From Vicugna vicugna (taxonomy: Eukaryota): DNA of 64,000 bases. Position 1 is the stretch's first letter, and every line of letters starts with the position of its first letter. The notes beneath the pieces are model-generated. The model was not told where the DNA came from. It worked only from the letters and a program-made list of their open reading frames with translations, and ran no database searches. Below, in pieces: positions 1 through 14,662 of the stretch. The position numbers and the translations under genes are program-made. Location of the stretch: assembly GCA_013265495.1 (NCBI GenBank), contig MU061579.1:6300124-6364123 (forward strand), in the 5' to 3' direction.

Positions 1-395
1 GCGTCTCAGGCTGGGTGTCGGGGGGACGCTCCGTGCCCGTTTAACTTAGTTCCGTCAGACAAGGGCTGCTCTGTACAGATCTGAGCCTCGGAGTCTCCCC
101 CTCCGTCCCGCTGGCCTCTCAGTTGGAGAGGGGAGACCCAGCGAGCGAGCGCCAGTCCTCCTTTGCCGCTCCCTCCCCGCGGGACCCGTCCCGCGCTGCT
201 TTGCCTTTTGTTCTTTCTTTTTTCCTTTTCTCCTACCAGATTTTTGGCGTCTTTATCTTTTGAAGAGGGCGATGATCTGTTGGAGTTCCGCAGGTGCTCT
301 GGTTGGCTGAGTGGGTCTGTAGATGTGGGTCTTGGTGTATTTGTGGGAGAGGGTGACTTACGAGCGTCCTTCTACTCCGCCATCTTGCCTCTTCT
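1..395 (-). mobile_element. 5' UTR start of a young L1 that continues off the left edge
   Basis: Minus strand begins ...GGCAAGATGGCGGAGTAGAAGGACGCTCG, an L1 5' terminus with a YY1-type motif at 378-387. CpG-rich compared with the rest of the window. Confidence 0.75.
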
Positions 396-499
396 CCTTC
401 TCATTATTTCTAATATTTTCTTTTTGAGAATTCCTTCAAGTTTTCTATGTAAATTCTTCCATCATCTTTAAGCAATGATAATTTTGTTTTTCCTTCCAG

Positions 500-985
500 T
501 CATCATGTTTATGCATTTAATTAATTTTGAGTTAATTTTTGTATGTGGTCTAAGTCCAATTTCATTCTTCTGTATACAGATATCCAGTTTTCACCAAACC
601 ATTTATTGAACAGGATAGCTCTTCTCCATTGTGTGTTCTTGGCATCCTTGTCATAGATCAATTGACTATAGATGTGTGGATTTATTTCTAGGTTCTCCAT
701 TCTGTTCCATTGGTCTATATGTCTGTTTTTATGCCAATACCACACTGTTTTGATTACTGTAGCTTTGTGGTACCTCCAGCATTGTTCTTCTTGCTCAAGA
801 TTGCTTTGGCTATTCAGGATCTTTTTTGGTTCTATATGAATTTTAGAAAATTTTTTCTATTTCTGTAAAGAATACCATTGGGATTTTGATAGGGATTGTA
901 TTGAATCTGTAGATCACCTTGGGTAGTACAGAATATTAATTCTTCCAGTCTACAAACATGAGACATTTTTCCATTTGTCTGCATA
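500..985 (-). mobile_element. Old L1 ORF2 fragment
   Basis: ORF 521-745 reads [32 protein letters not shown], an L1 ORF2 motif. Degraded. Confidence 0.9.
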
Positions 986-1014
986 TCATTTTCCTTGAAT
1001 AGAATTTTGCTTGG

Positions 1015-1560
1015 TGTTTCAGTTACCTATCTCTTCATATCAAAATACTCCCCCAAAAAACCACTTCACTAGTTCTCATGATTCTGTAGGTTGTTTGGGG
1101 CCTCAGCTGGAAGGTTGTTTTGTTTATCTTATTAGAGTCTGTTATTCATTGCAGTAAGAGAGTGTCTGATGTTGGGAAGTCCAAGATAGCATTATTCACA
1201 TGTCTGGAGGCTTGGCATTGGTAGCTGGTATGCAGAAGTGGTTGGGCCTTGTTCTCTCTCCATGGAGTCCCAAGGACTCTTTCTTTCCACCTGACTTCTC
1301 CATATCACCTCTTTCTGTCACGTGCTCTTTCCAGAAGAGTAGCTGGATTGCTGACATGAGGATCAGGACTTTCAAAAGTACAAAAGCAGATTCTGTGAGG
1401 CTTTCTTAATTCCTAAGCCTGTTATCAGATCATTATTTCTGTAACAGTCTACTGATGGAAGTGAGTCACAGAGCTGACCCTAGGTCATTGTGGGGAAGCG
1501 TTACACAAGGACATGAATATTGAGAGGCATGGGGAGTGTCTTTGGAGAACTGCTACCACA
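1015..1560 (-). mobile_element. MaLR LTR (MLT1-like)
   Basis: MLT1-type motifs (gtccaagat..., agtcacag..., ttacacaagg.catgaata) and terminal ctaccaca. Confidence 0.65.
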
Positions 1561-1564
1561 TTTG

Positions 1565-2760
1565 GCATAAGATTCTAGGTTTACATTTTTTTTTCATTTC
1601 CTTGGTGATATTATGCTACTGTTTATGGATTTTACTACTGCTGCTGTGAAGACCTCAGTAAATTCGATTTTCATAACTTGACAGGTGATCTGCTTTATCT
1701 TCCTGGCTGCTTTTAAGATCTTTTCTTTGTACTTGGTGTTCTGCATTTTTCTATAATGTATCTAGATGTGAATTTTAAAAACTTTTTGTGAATATAATAC
1801 ATTGTGCTTTCTAATTGGAATTTTGTGCTTTCACATTTATGAAAAATTAATATATGTTTTCTAATCAAATATTGCCTCACCTCCACTTTATGCACTCTAT
1901 TCTTCTGGGTTTCCAGGGAGTTGTATGTTAGACCATGCCCTTCTAAATTCCATATTTCTTTTTTTTCTTTTAAATTTTCCATCTTCTTGTGTCTATATGT
2001 AAATGCTATATCCTGTGCACTGTTTTCACATTTCAGTTCAAGTGCCACAAATATTATATACTTTAAAATACACTTTTAATTTATGGTTGAGTTATTGTTT
2101 TCAGCAATTATATTTTTTATATCTTAAGATTCTTTGTAGCTCATATCCAGATATCCCTCATCATTCTTGATAGTCTCTTGCTGACTGCTTATTTTTAGAC
2201 TATTCTTTATCTAATGAAACTTTTCATACACAGTTGTTTTCATTTGGTAGCTACTCATTCTAATAAGTATAGTTTTTGAGGGTGTTGCCTGTTGCTTCTG
2301 CCGACTGTGATCCATGGTATTTACCTCTTTACTTGTTTGGGGACTTTTGTTTGTGATCACGTATAGATGAGATTCCTGCAGGCATAAAAGGAGCTGCTTT
2401 GTTCCAGATGGCATTTATTTCTGTCTTTGCTGAGAACCAGGTGCTACTTCCCTGGGACTACTTCAGCCTCCTTGAGAGTCTCAGTCAAGATCTCAAGTTC
2501 ACCTTTTATGATGAGGATCTCAAGGATCACAGTTCTTTGTTCTGCTCACTTGATTATCACTTACAGTTTTATTCTCCTGTATCTAAGTTATTGGAAAAGA
2601 ATTTGTCCTCATAGTAATCCCATTATTCCTGGCTGTTTGTTCCCTGACATTCAATCCTGGCTGCACTCATGTTTTGGAGGGGAATTTGAGACATTCCCTT
2701 AACATTCCTCCTGCTAAGTTCAAGCCCCACCCCCAAATGCATTAAAAAGTATATTTATCA
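1565..2760 (-). mobile_element. Ancient L1 (L1ME-like) ORF1-region remnant
   Basis: T-rich, with decayed ORF1-like peptides on the minus strand (e.g. FTSRYIIEKCRTPSTKKRS). Confidence 0.5.
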
Positions 2761-2885
2761 GGATCTAGTTGTTTAATATTAGGGAGGGAGAGGCCTAGAT
2801 TACTTACTCTCAATTTGTTATTTATAATCTTGTGTTTTGTGAATGCAATCTATAATATTTAAAAGATTCCACCTAAAAGGTCATT

Positions 2886-2905
2886 TTACTTACTTACTTA
2901 CTTAC

Positions 2906-2940
<35 letters not shown>
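2886..2940. repeat. Compound (TTAC)n(TTTA)n microsatellite
   Basis: Direct tetranucleotide runs next to the tail of a minus-strand L1 3' end. Confidence 0.9.
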
Positions 2941-2941
<1 letters not shown>

Positions 2942-2944
2942 TTT

Positions 2945-3195
2945 GTTTGTTTTATTGAGGTATAATTGACAAATAACATTGAAAAATATTTGAAGCATAG
3001 ATCACAGTGATTTTACATATGGATACATTGTGAAAAATTCCTTCCATCTACCCATCTACCTAATTAACACATCCATCACCTCACATACTGATCTTTTGAA
3101 AACATTTTGGTGGGAACATTTAAATTCTACTCTCTTAGCAAATTTCAACTATACAACACAGTGTTATCAACTATAATCACCATGTTTTACATTAA
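2945..3195 (-). mobile_element. L1 3' UTR end (L1MA-like)
   Basis: tttattgaggtataattgac...taattaacacatccatcacctcaca...ctactctcttagcaaatttcaa, typical of an L1MA 3' end. Confidence 0.75.
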
Positions 3196-3489
3196 GAAAT
3201 AGTAGCTTTATAAGAAGTAAAGCCACACATGCAATACTTTTCTTTGTACTGATCAGCCAGCACTATACTGTCAACATAGGTTAACCTCATTCAATAGAGT
3301 GAAATGGGTTTAGCAAAATTTTGAAGCAAATGCTTACTGAGAAAATATGATTTTTCACATTTATTAAATATGGAAATAGGATACTGGAAATATTTTTAGT
3401 TCATTATATACCTTTGTATGCAAAAGCATGTAATGTTACCTGTGGATTTGAAAGCCAAGCAAGGATGAATTTAATTTTCGAAATCAAAA

Positions 3490-5130
3490 AGAAACTGTCA
3501 CCTAGAATAGCCAACACAATATTGAAGGAAAAGGACAATACCGGAGGACCGACACTACCTGACTTCATGACCTGCTGTAAACCTATGGTAATCAAGACAG
3601 TGTGGTACTGACAAAAGAAGAAACACACAGATCAATGGAACAGAACAGAGAGCCCAGAAGTAGATCTACAACTGATCTTTCACAAAGGAGAAAAGGCAAT
3701 ATAATGGAGCAAAAATAGTCTCTTCAACAAATGGGGCTGGAACAAGTGAATATCCATATGTGAAAAAATGAATGTAGATACAAATCTTATACCCTTCACG
3801 AAAACTAACTCAGAATATAGACATAAATGTAAAACACGAAACTATAAAACTCCTAGAAGATAACATAGGTGAAGGCCTAGATGATCTTGGGTATGGTGAT
3901 GAATTTTTAGATACAGTACCAAAGGCATGGCCCTTGAAAGAAATAATTGGTATGCTGGACTTCATAAAATTAAAAACTTCTACTCTGGGAAAGATAATGT
4001 CAATAGAATGAGAAGATGAACTACAAACTGGGATAAAATATTTGCAAAAGACACATCTGATAAAGGACTGTTATCCAAAATATACAAAGAACTCCTAAAA
4101 CCCGATTCAAAAATGGGCCAAAAATCTTAATATACATTTTACCAAAGAAGAGATGCAATAGACAAATAAGCATTTGAAAAGATGATCCATACCATATGTC
4201 ATCAGTGAGATGCAAATGAAAACAACAAGGAGATACCACTACATACCTAGAAGAATGGCCAAAATCCTGAACGCTAACAACCTCAATTGCTGGTGAGGAT
4301 GGGGAGCAGAAGGAATTCTCATTAGTTGCTAGTGGGAACGCAAAATGGTATACTCTGGAAGACAGTTTGTTTGTTTCTTAAAAAACTAAATATAATCTTA
4401 CCATATGATCCAGCAATAGCACTCCTTGGTAGTTCCCCCAAGGGAGTTAAAAATGTATATGCACACAAAAACCTGCACACAGATGTTAAAGCAGCTTTGT
4501 TCATAATTGTGAAAACTTGGAAGCAAGCAAGCTGTCCTTCAGCATGTGAATGAATGAATAAATAACATCCATATAATAAAATGTGTTTCAGCACCAAAAA
4601 GGAATGAGCTAACAAGCCACAGGAAGACATGGAGGAATCTTCAATGCATTTTGCTAAGTGAAGGAAGCCAATCTGAAAAGGCTACATACTTTATGATACA
4701 GACTGTGTGACATTCTAGAAAAGGCAAAACTATGAAGATAGTAAAAAAATCAGTGGTTATCAGAGTTTGGTGTTGGAGAGGGATGAACAAAAAGAACACA
4801 GACTTTTTGGGGTAGTGAGTATTTTCATGACTCTAAAAATTCTCTGTACTATGCGATAATGATAGATACATGTTATTATATATTTGTCAAACCTACAGTA
4901 TGTACAACACGAAGAGTGAACTCTACTGAAACTATGGACTTTGGGTGATTATGATGTATCAGTATAAGTTCATCAACTGTAGCAGATGTACCACTCTAAT
5001 GGGGGATGTTGATCATGGGGGAGGCTCTGTATGTATGGGGCAGAAGATACATGGGAAATCTCCGTATCTTCCTCGTAATTTTGCTGTGAACTTAAAACTG
5101 CACTAAAAATATAGTCTAAAAAACAAACAA
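3490..5130 (+). mobile_element. 5'-truncated L1 (L1MC-like), ORF2 C-terminus plus 3' UTR
   Basis: ORF2 remnants (TLPDF...IKTVWY; LPYDPAIALLG) and L1MC-type 3' UTR (ggcaaaactatg, aactatggactttgggtgat) ending in an A-rich tail. Confidence 0.9.
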
Positions 5131-5929
5131 AGCTTTCCTTGAAAAGTTTCCTATTATGTCTGTTTCTACTTACAGAGACAAAATATTGAGGTACCTTGGA
5201 ACAGACCATTTTTATCTTAGGAAAAACCTTCTGCATGTCTTTCCATTGTGGCATTAAAGGCATCAGGACACTGTTAGATGTGAAAAAGGCAGCCTGGAGT
5301 AGATACCTGTTGGTTTGTCTATCTTGCCACTTTATTTTTGGGTAATTATACTGGAAATTATCTTCTCTATCCATGTGGCTCTAATGGGAGCTTTCATGTT
5401 CTTCAATGTCCCTATGATAACTGAATATTTAACCCAAAATGGGCCAATCATATTCCCTTAATGCCTGGAATTTTGGACATGAAGAGAGTTTTGTACTCAA
5501 GAAATAGCAAAATCAATTATTCCTAAATAAACAAATTGATCTAATAAAGGTTGATTATGTTTTATGGAACTATTAGTACATAAAAATGTCATCTTTTGTG
5601 TTGTATGATCACTTGCTATCCACTACCAGGCAACACTAGTTGTCAAAGTTTGCTAATAGCATCCATAAAAGGAAGAGGTTAGTTGCAGAGCTGCTAAGAA
5701 CAGCTAAGATAAATAAGGATGCCACTAAATTATTTAATTTCAGTATGAGTTGTATCTCTTATCATATTAAAGTCTAAATTTGAGGTGAAAGATGTGCTCT
5801 CTAACCTTACTGCAGTAATAATTTTGCAATATATACAAGTATCGAATCATCACATTGTACATATTAAGCTTGCACAATGTTACATGTCAGCTGCATTTCA
5901 ACTGGAAAAAAATAAAGTCCAAATTTGAT

Positions 5930-7620
5930 CTTTATATCATTAAGGACTTTTTTGACTTTAAGTGACAGAAATGCAAACCCAAAGTGCTCAAGGAAAAATG
6001 AATTCTTTGGTCCATGTAAATTAAAAATCTGGAGATGTATTTATCTTAATAGTTTTCTTGAACTAGAAAGAGCCCAGTCTCTCGTCTTCTCTATCTGCCT
6101 TCCTCTGTAGCAATTCCATTCTCCAACATGCTTATTCCTCATGCTGGCAATATGGCTACATCATCAAAACCACAAGTTCAGTAGAAAAGAAGAATCCTTT
6201 TTTCCCTGTGAGTATACGTAAAAGCCTGGGTCTTATTCTTATGCCAAATCTGTCACAAACCCGTCACTGAACAGATCACTGAGACTAAAAGGAAATACTG
6301 GGGTAGAACAGCCTAGTTTATGGTATGATAACAAAAACCTGTTTCACCAAAGACAGGCTGCTACCTGGTCATCCTCACCCCTAGACTGAAGCTGAAGGGC
6401 TCCCACTGTTTGGTTGCTATCATGGTGGTAGAAGAAAGAGCTTTGGATAGACCCACACTAGCAATTAAATGCTTAACCTGAAAATGACAAAATGACTTTG
6501 TTCACTATTCATTAACCAGAACTAGTCACATGGACTCAACCATAGGGAACAAGGAAGTACAACCCTATCGTGCTCAGAATGAGGGGAAATTGGATTTTTT
6601 TTGGCAAAATGAATGCCAAACGCACTATTTGGCTCAGATTATATGCCCCCCTACACCTGGGAGTAGGGTCAGCCCCATTACAATTGAGAACACGTAGGTC
6701 TTCATGGAAAACTTAGGTGATGAGCAGAAAAAATGTGAGAGTTGTTAACAGAAAAAAAATTACATATAATTAAGTCAATTTCTAGTAAATGACCAAAGTT
6801 CTGGATTCAGTATGAATGTAACTTCCTGTGTTAATAAATTATTAACTTACAAGGGTTAAAAAATTTACCATATTTGTGGTTATAAACCAAAAGCCAAAAA
6901 CTGTTCTGTTTTCCCCTGTCCTCCTGATTTTAATCTGGTTGATTGACCTAGTCTAAAGTTTTCAGAGTAGACATTTAAAATCTAGCTCATTTCCTAATCT
7001 TTGGTTCACAGGACAGCTCAACCCATGAAACTAAAGTAGTTTTAAATCCGTAACGAATTCTATTCACAAATAAAGATGTGGGATTCACACTTGCATCTTC
7101 ATTCTGAGTATCTCGCTAGAATGGTTCTGTCCTCTTGTGGCTTGTAGCACCATTAGACCAGGTTTTGTTTAGGTTTTTCCATCAAGATGTTCAGGATCAA
7201 GGATTTTTCTTCTTTTAGTTGTGAGAAACAGATATCCATTCAAGTGTATTTAAGAAAAGAGTTTATTGTAAGGCTATAATAGGTAATCTCTGCTTTCTCC
7301 AGCTATAGGACTACACTGATTCTTTCATCTTGATTTTTCTCCTTTTCTCTCTTAGCATCTGCTCTGTTTCCCCTTTCTTAACAACCTCTCGGCTTATTCA
7401 TTTTCATAGCCAGGACAACAAGTTACAATCTCTGGGCTTCTTAGTTTCTAAAGAAAGGAATCACATTGTCTGGGTTTTGGAAATTGGTCTCCTGCTAGTA
7501 GAATCAGCTCTGGTTGGGGAAAGTATCACATAGTACATGCAACTGCCTCTTTCACAGCTTCTGGGTGGGCAGGTTAAGCAAGAGGGAGAACTGTATGAGA
7601 AACTAATTGACCATGTCTGC
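5930..7620 (-). mobile_element. Cluster of decayed MaLR LTR (MLT1) fragments
   Basis: MLT1K/J-like motif (ccagaactagtcacatgg...ggaagtacaaccct) at about 6300-6620, lying within another MLT1-like LTR, plus a further fragment at about 7190-7620. Not continuous. Confidence 0.45.
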
Positions 7621-7644
7621 TGTAGGAGTTAGGATGAGGTTATC

Positions 7645-7870
7645 GATACCATTCATGCTTATTATAATTTTAAGTGCTTTACAAATATTAACACATTTAA
7701 CCCTATGATATAGATAGTATTATTACTCTCATGATACAAATAAAAAGACTGAGATACAAGAAGATCAAATAACTTGCCCATGGTCATACATTTAGTTAGA
7801 GGCAAAGCAGAGCCACTCAGAATTTGAAAGTAGGCAGGACTGCTCCAGAGTCAATGATTGCTATACCACG
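7645..7870 (-). mobile_element. MIR SINE
   Basis: Core-like gactgagatacaagaagatcaaataacttgcccatggtcataca. Confidence 0.7.
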
Positions 7871-8226
7871 AGTCTTGGCTACTGAGTTTATACATGTTTG
7901 GAGTCCTTTAACTCTTTTGCCAGTAGTAAAATGCTTCTCATTCTCCCAAGCTCATCTCAGGTATTAGCATTTCCACTTTGCAAGCTTTCCCAAGCACCTT
8001 TCTTCTGCTGTTAAACCACCCTATACATTCCCATCATTGCCACACAGATCTCCTTGGCCTGTAACTGTTTCATATTGTTAATACTGTGAGCTTCTGTAGA
8101 GCAAGAGCAATATATTTCTTATCTTTGTATTCCTGGTGCACAACATAATTACTGGCACATAGCATATACTTAATGAATTGTTATTGGATTATTCACTTAA
8201 TGAGAGAATGAATGCATTAAATATAA

Positions 8227-8442
<216 letters not shown>

Positions 8443-8974
8443 TAATACTACAGTAAACAATGCCAGTTGATGAGATGATATCCTCATGGTTCATAATTGA
8501 TGTTTACAGAAGCACAATCATAAGACGAGATTTTTTGTTCCTCAAATAGAATTATGCATAGTCCTTTAGGGCGTGCTTAAAATGCAAACTAGATCCGACA
8601 TGAATATGCTATCTGTAATTTCATTCATGATAGTTTAATAAGTGCTTTTGGAAACCACTCTTAACTTAGATTTATTTTTACAGCTTTCTTCTAACTCCAA
8701 AATAGTTTTAAAATAGCACCTTCATTGCTGAAATTCCATGGAGATAGTAATTAACTGTTCATATTATGCTCATCTGCTAACTATGTATATAGAAACTGAA
8801 TTTGTTACTTCAGTGTCCTCATTTTGCTTTCTCATTTCCATGTTCTCTAGACAGCTCATTATGAGAGGAGTTTTAGACAATTTTAAGGTTCACAAGAAGT
8901 AGACACTCATAAAGAGAGGGCAGTCATATGTCCAAAGATAGCTTTTATCTCATAAAGGAAGAGCTCGCATCTAC

Positions 8975-9732
<758 letters not shown>

Positions 9733-11855
9733 TAAGCAAATCTTCAAAGGATTAAGTGGAGGCTTTGGAAAAGTAGGAATAGAGAAGAGACCTATGTACT
9801 TCTTCCTTTCCAGTCTCTTTCTTCTCTTTTCAGGGTATGCGTGTTCCTTTGTGCACAGACATTCTTTTAGAAAGTTTCCTCCGTAGTCACTGTATCTGAG
9901 TCCAAGCTAGGATCATCTCTTACACCAATGTAGCCACCTCCTAAATATTCCTCAGCTTTCACTATTAGCCACATGAAATGTATTTCCATACATTAACAAC
10001 AGCGGTCTAAAAATATAAATCATACTTTATTACTCCCCTGATTAAAACTCTACAATTGCTTCCCATTCTACTTAAAACAATATCCAAACTCTTTATGTTG
10101 TCCTGCAAAGAATCCAGTCTGGGGTCAGTGGACTCCCACGAGAAGTGCCGTTAGCGCTATATTCCAGTACACTTGTCCTATTTACCATTCCATTCATTCT
10201 ATTTTATATATTTAAAAGACCACCCTGAGAAGGAATCCAGAAGTTTCACCAAACTCCAAAAGCGTTCATGACACAAAAGCTGTTCAGAGCCCCAGATCTA
10301 GATGACACACCCCAGCTTCCCTCTTACATTTATCTTTATCTAGTGGTTTCTATTTCCATTATAAATCTTACCACAACCTGCAATTATTTTATTTACTTAT
10401 CTGTTTACTTCTTTTCATTCCTATACTTAAGTTCCTCACTGGAATATAAATTCCATGGGGGCAGGGACTGTGTCTTTCTTGCTGTGCACCCCCGAGCCTG
10501 GAATGGAGCCCAGGACATCACTACGTCATCACTACCATAAATAAATAAGTAGTGAATGAAGGAAGATATGACAACGTTGAGGAAAACAAACAGGGTCAAT
10601 GATGATGAGAGGTGGCAGGAGAGGTGGGAAAGGTGAGGGAATGGACGAGACAGAAGAGATAAAAAGAGAGAAAGAGAAAGAGAAAAGGAAGCCGAAGGAG
10701 AACACAAAGAAAGCAGCTGTGAGAGAGAAGAGAGAAAAAGATCCTTGGGGGAGTTGCCAGCACAGCAATTTCTTTTTCATTCCTCCACCCCCCAGCCCTT
10801 CTAACTCCTTTCCTCAAGGTGGAATAAAATCTAACAGGTACACATGTAAGGATGAGGTGTGAAGGGAAATTCAGGAATGGGTTTTGTGGGGATTTCTGGT
10901 CCAGGGGTCTTGAGATAAACTTGATTGGTAATATTCTCTGTTTACTTATAAATTAGTATAGATTCCATTGATTTTTAAATAGTGCCCATTTTCTCTCTGA
11001 TTCCAGAAATTACTCCAAGCTCCACTGGCTCTTTGCTCCCTCTTGCTTCAAAAAGCATGTGGCTTTGAAGCCGAGGCTGCCTTTTTTTCTAGTGTCTCAG
11101 AAATAAGTGAGAATCTAGGTGTCTCAGTTTGAAGTATCTCTTCCACTTTCATGTGCAGAGTTGCAGTCCTCTGGGCCAGCTGATGGCCACAGTGTGAGTG
11201 ACAGAATGTCAGGAAAAGGGGAAGGGAAAGGAGAGGAGGGCGGGGAGGAAGGGTGGAAGAGATCCCTTCCTACTTGGCTTCCGGAGCAGAAACCACCCTG
11301 AGACAATCCCTCTAAGAAAACAGTCAAAACCTGGAAGTGTTCCACCCAAACTAATGATGCAAATGATTTCCTGTAATACTTGGGACAGCAGCTGTGTTTA
11401 CCTCTGGCTATTTGTCTGTGAGATTCACAGAGAGGACCATGAGCCCTCTTGGAAGGATGAAGTATCAGTTCTTTACTGAGGGTCTTGCTCCTGTTAGATG
11501 GAGAAAATCCAGTGAGGTTCCAGATAGAGCCTAGGTCTCTAGGAAAGGCAAAGCAGAAAGGATTCCAGCATCCTGCCTGACTCATTTTCCTTGAGTGAAG
11601 ATGACTTCTCCATTCCTATATGGAGGAACTGCACACGTGCTGACTACCCCCAGGCACTCTTATTTTAGCAGATGCTCCACTCCCTACCACAGGCAATAGG
11701 ACACTCAGCCCTTGCCTATGAGAAGCTCAGTAAACCTCTCTTGTTTAGGGCAGATCGTGTAAGGCAAGGGTAGAAGTGGGAAGACCAGTTAATGTGCCAC
11801 TGCAGTGAACCAAGCAAGGGAAGATGGAAGCTTAGATGTGAAAGTGTTGAAGATC

Positions 11856-12675
11856 ATGTCTGATACTTTCACCATCACTATCTTTGGCATAGACAGCTTG
11901 CCACAAGCATTTTTGCCATATAACTAACTGGCTGTAAGGCAATTTTGTTATAAAAGATACAATTAAAAAAATAAAAGGGAATTTAAAAGGACATAATATA
12001 ACAGGAGAAATAAAATAACAAAATTTTAAAGATTGTATTGTGAAATAGAAAATATTTAAATACAATGAAAATGTGCATAGATTCATGGCAATGCTGCACA
12101 GATAACTGATTTTATTTTGTGGGCTGTACCTAAGATCTTATCTTCCAAGTCTTTTGTTCATGATATTTTAGACATTTTTTTAAAAAACTTGTTGATTGGT
12201 CTCCTTGTTTAGCATCACACTTTTTCTTATTTGCTAACACTTATCCTTCATTAAAAGAGATATCAGTTCCCAGATACAAGGATGCCTATTTGTAACTGAG
12301 CTTTGTGTTGCATTGTGAAAACCTTAGACATTGTGTGCCCTTGGCATACTGTCACATGTCCATTGATAGATGTTCCAAAGTTCTGTGGGAAATGGAGGTT
12401 CAACTTTGAGCTTGTCAGGCCCTTAGTCTCAGCCTCTTTCTCCCCCAATTTAGTATGTTTCAAAATGAGAAACCAATTTTTGGAGTAAATCATTGTCATC
12501 TGTCATGATTTTTTTGTTGTTGTTGTATATATCAAACCAAACTACTAGCCAGTTATTTTATCTTTTACAGTAAAATTGCCTTCTAGCCAGATATATGGTA
12601 AAATGTTTGTGGCAAAAATGCTTGTGGCAAAAATGTCTACAGCAAAGGTGCTTATGGTGAAAGTACTTAAAACTG
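11856..12675. mobile_element. Non-autonomous DNA transposon with long terminal inverted repeats (MER99-like)
   Basis: 11864-11965 is an imperfect reverse complement of about 12556-12665, built from ~15-nt units such as ttgccacaagcattt. Family name is from recollection. Confidence 0.65.
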
Positions 12676-14662
12676 GTGGAAATGTGTTAGAATATAGGAA
12701 TATTCCGAGCCAGTGGTTCTCATAGGAGTCTTCTGGGTCTCCGGGTTGCTAGCCTGTCACCTCCTCACCTGACTTTTCTAAGCAAAAGCATACATTTCTG
12801 CATTTGTACTTCCTATGTCTTCAATGAAAAATAGTCTAATACTCATTAATGAGAAGAAAATATATTGCTATAAGAAATCTCTAGTACCTCACAAAATATA
12901 AATAAATTCTGTAGTTCTTTATATGACAAATATTTATTGTATAGCTGTTAGCCTACTATCCTTACTAGGAATTATACACATAATATGTTGAGGAGAAAGA
13001 GGTTCTCAAAAGGTTAGCTAATGATTGACTTCGTAATTTTAGTACGCAATAACAGCTTTTGGGTTGACTTCTCTAAATATGCCAGAGTGGGAGAAAAAGA
13101 ATAAAACACTACAATTTCTTTGTGCTATTTGTCCTTTTATCAGTTCTCTTTTTTTTCTGTGACAAAGGATCTCCAAAATATAGTGTTATCTCTTTTTAAA
13201 AAATCTGCATAATGCTTTCTGTTTATAACACAAAATCATGCTATTTATTGTTAGTAAATCCTCAATAATTTCATCCTTATTTTATATGTAAGTATGACTC
13301 AGAGATTTGCATTACATATTTTTGTTTTTTAAAATCAACTGGCAATAAGAGGTAGATACATTTTATGTCTAAACTGAACCTACGTTGCTATGCTTCTTCC
13401 TCAATCCTTATACACTGTATATAAATTATTCCTTATAAGTAATTATGTACATGGCAGGGAGTATCTTTCAAGGGGTGGAAGGAGAAATTTACTAAATTTT
13501 ATTCTATTGTGACCAAAGTAGCAACAGATTTCTTGATAGTACTTTAGAGATATGGAAGCAGAAATGTGCCAGATGTTAGTTACCCCAGTGATCTAGAAAC
13601 TCTAATTTACTATTTACTATTCCAGTGACTCCAAATAATTTTTCTTTTCTTTGTTTTTTCCTTTTTACCAGAGTGAAACTTAAGAAGGCAAACCCTGGCT
13701 AGCCATAACTGTCCTAGGATGTCCTAGGAATCTGTTTTGTTCAAGGAGCCAGATTGCCTGTAAAATAGAAATTTGTGCAAAGGAACATACTCCTGTACCT
13801 TCCCTAACCTGAGGTTATTCTAAGTCTAGATTTAACTGTGCTTTAGAAATTCACAAAAATGACCTCTAGCAGTTACAACAAGGAGAAAGGTATTGGTGTC
13901 ATCTACATCTCTTACTCTTGTTTCACTGGGCAAGATGGAAACCTTCCCATGAGAGAGAGAGAGAGAACTCTGGGCTGTCATCTTTCAGACCTCTCAGAGC
14001 AGCAGGAAGCTGCAACTTAGGTATAGAAGTTTCATATTAACATTTCTTTAAAAATTTTAAATGGGTTGTTTTCTTGTCATACAAATTCAAAACAGTGGAA
14101 GAGTCCTGCTTCTTTCTTCTCATTTGCTATCACTGCTGTTATTTGTTGTGCCCTTATTATGTGCCAGGCCATGTGCCAATCATTCTACCTATATTATCTC
14201 ATTTCATTCCAAAACAATGCTAGAAGATGAGTTTCATTTCTCTTGTTTTAAAGGTAAGGATATTAAGAAGTCAAGAAGTTCAGAGATGTAAAAGAAGTGG
14301 ATAAATATGACAGGGGAGATTAATAGTAGAGGCTGAACTTGAGTCTAGATCTTTATGTTTCAGAAACATATCATAACTGCTAAACTGTAAAAGCTTACTT
14401 TTCAATTTTGCAAAGGGTAATGTACTTTGCCTTAGGAAATATGGCAGTGTCTGTTGTACTTTGCAGTGACAGGATCAAATAATTCTGATTGTCATGGTAA
14501 AACCCCTGCGAGTGAAACATTATGTTCACTAAAGTGCCATTATTTTCAGTGGACAGTAGAGAAGACTTTTACATATCCTTGTTTGGGAGGAATTCACCAG
14601 GTTTTAATAGAAATTTTAGTAACTATTTAATCTAGTAACTATTCCATTTGGAAGTTCTAGAA

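Noticed and set aside
163..471. 102-aa ORF and CpG-rich start as a host-gene promoter or first exon
   Set aside because: Better explained as the antisense strand of an L1 5' UTR; the ORF has no ATG start.
10532..10862. Lys/Glu/Arg-rich and Phe/Ser-rich ORFs
   Set aside because: Arise from a purine-rich low-complexity tract.
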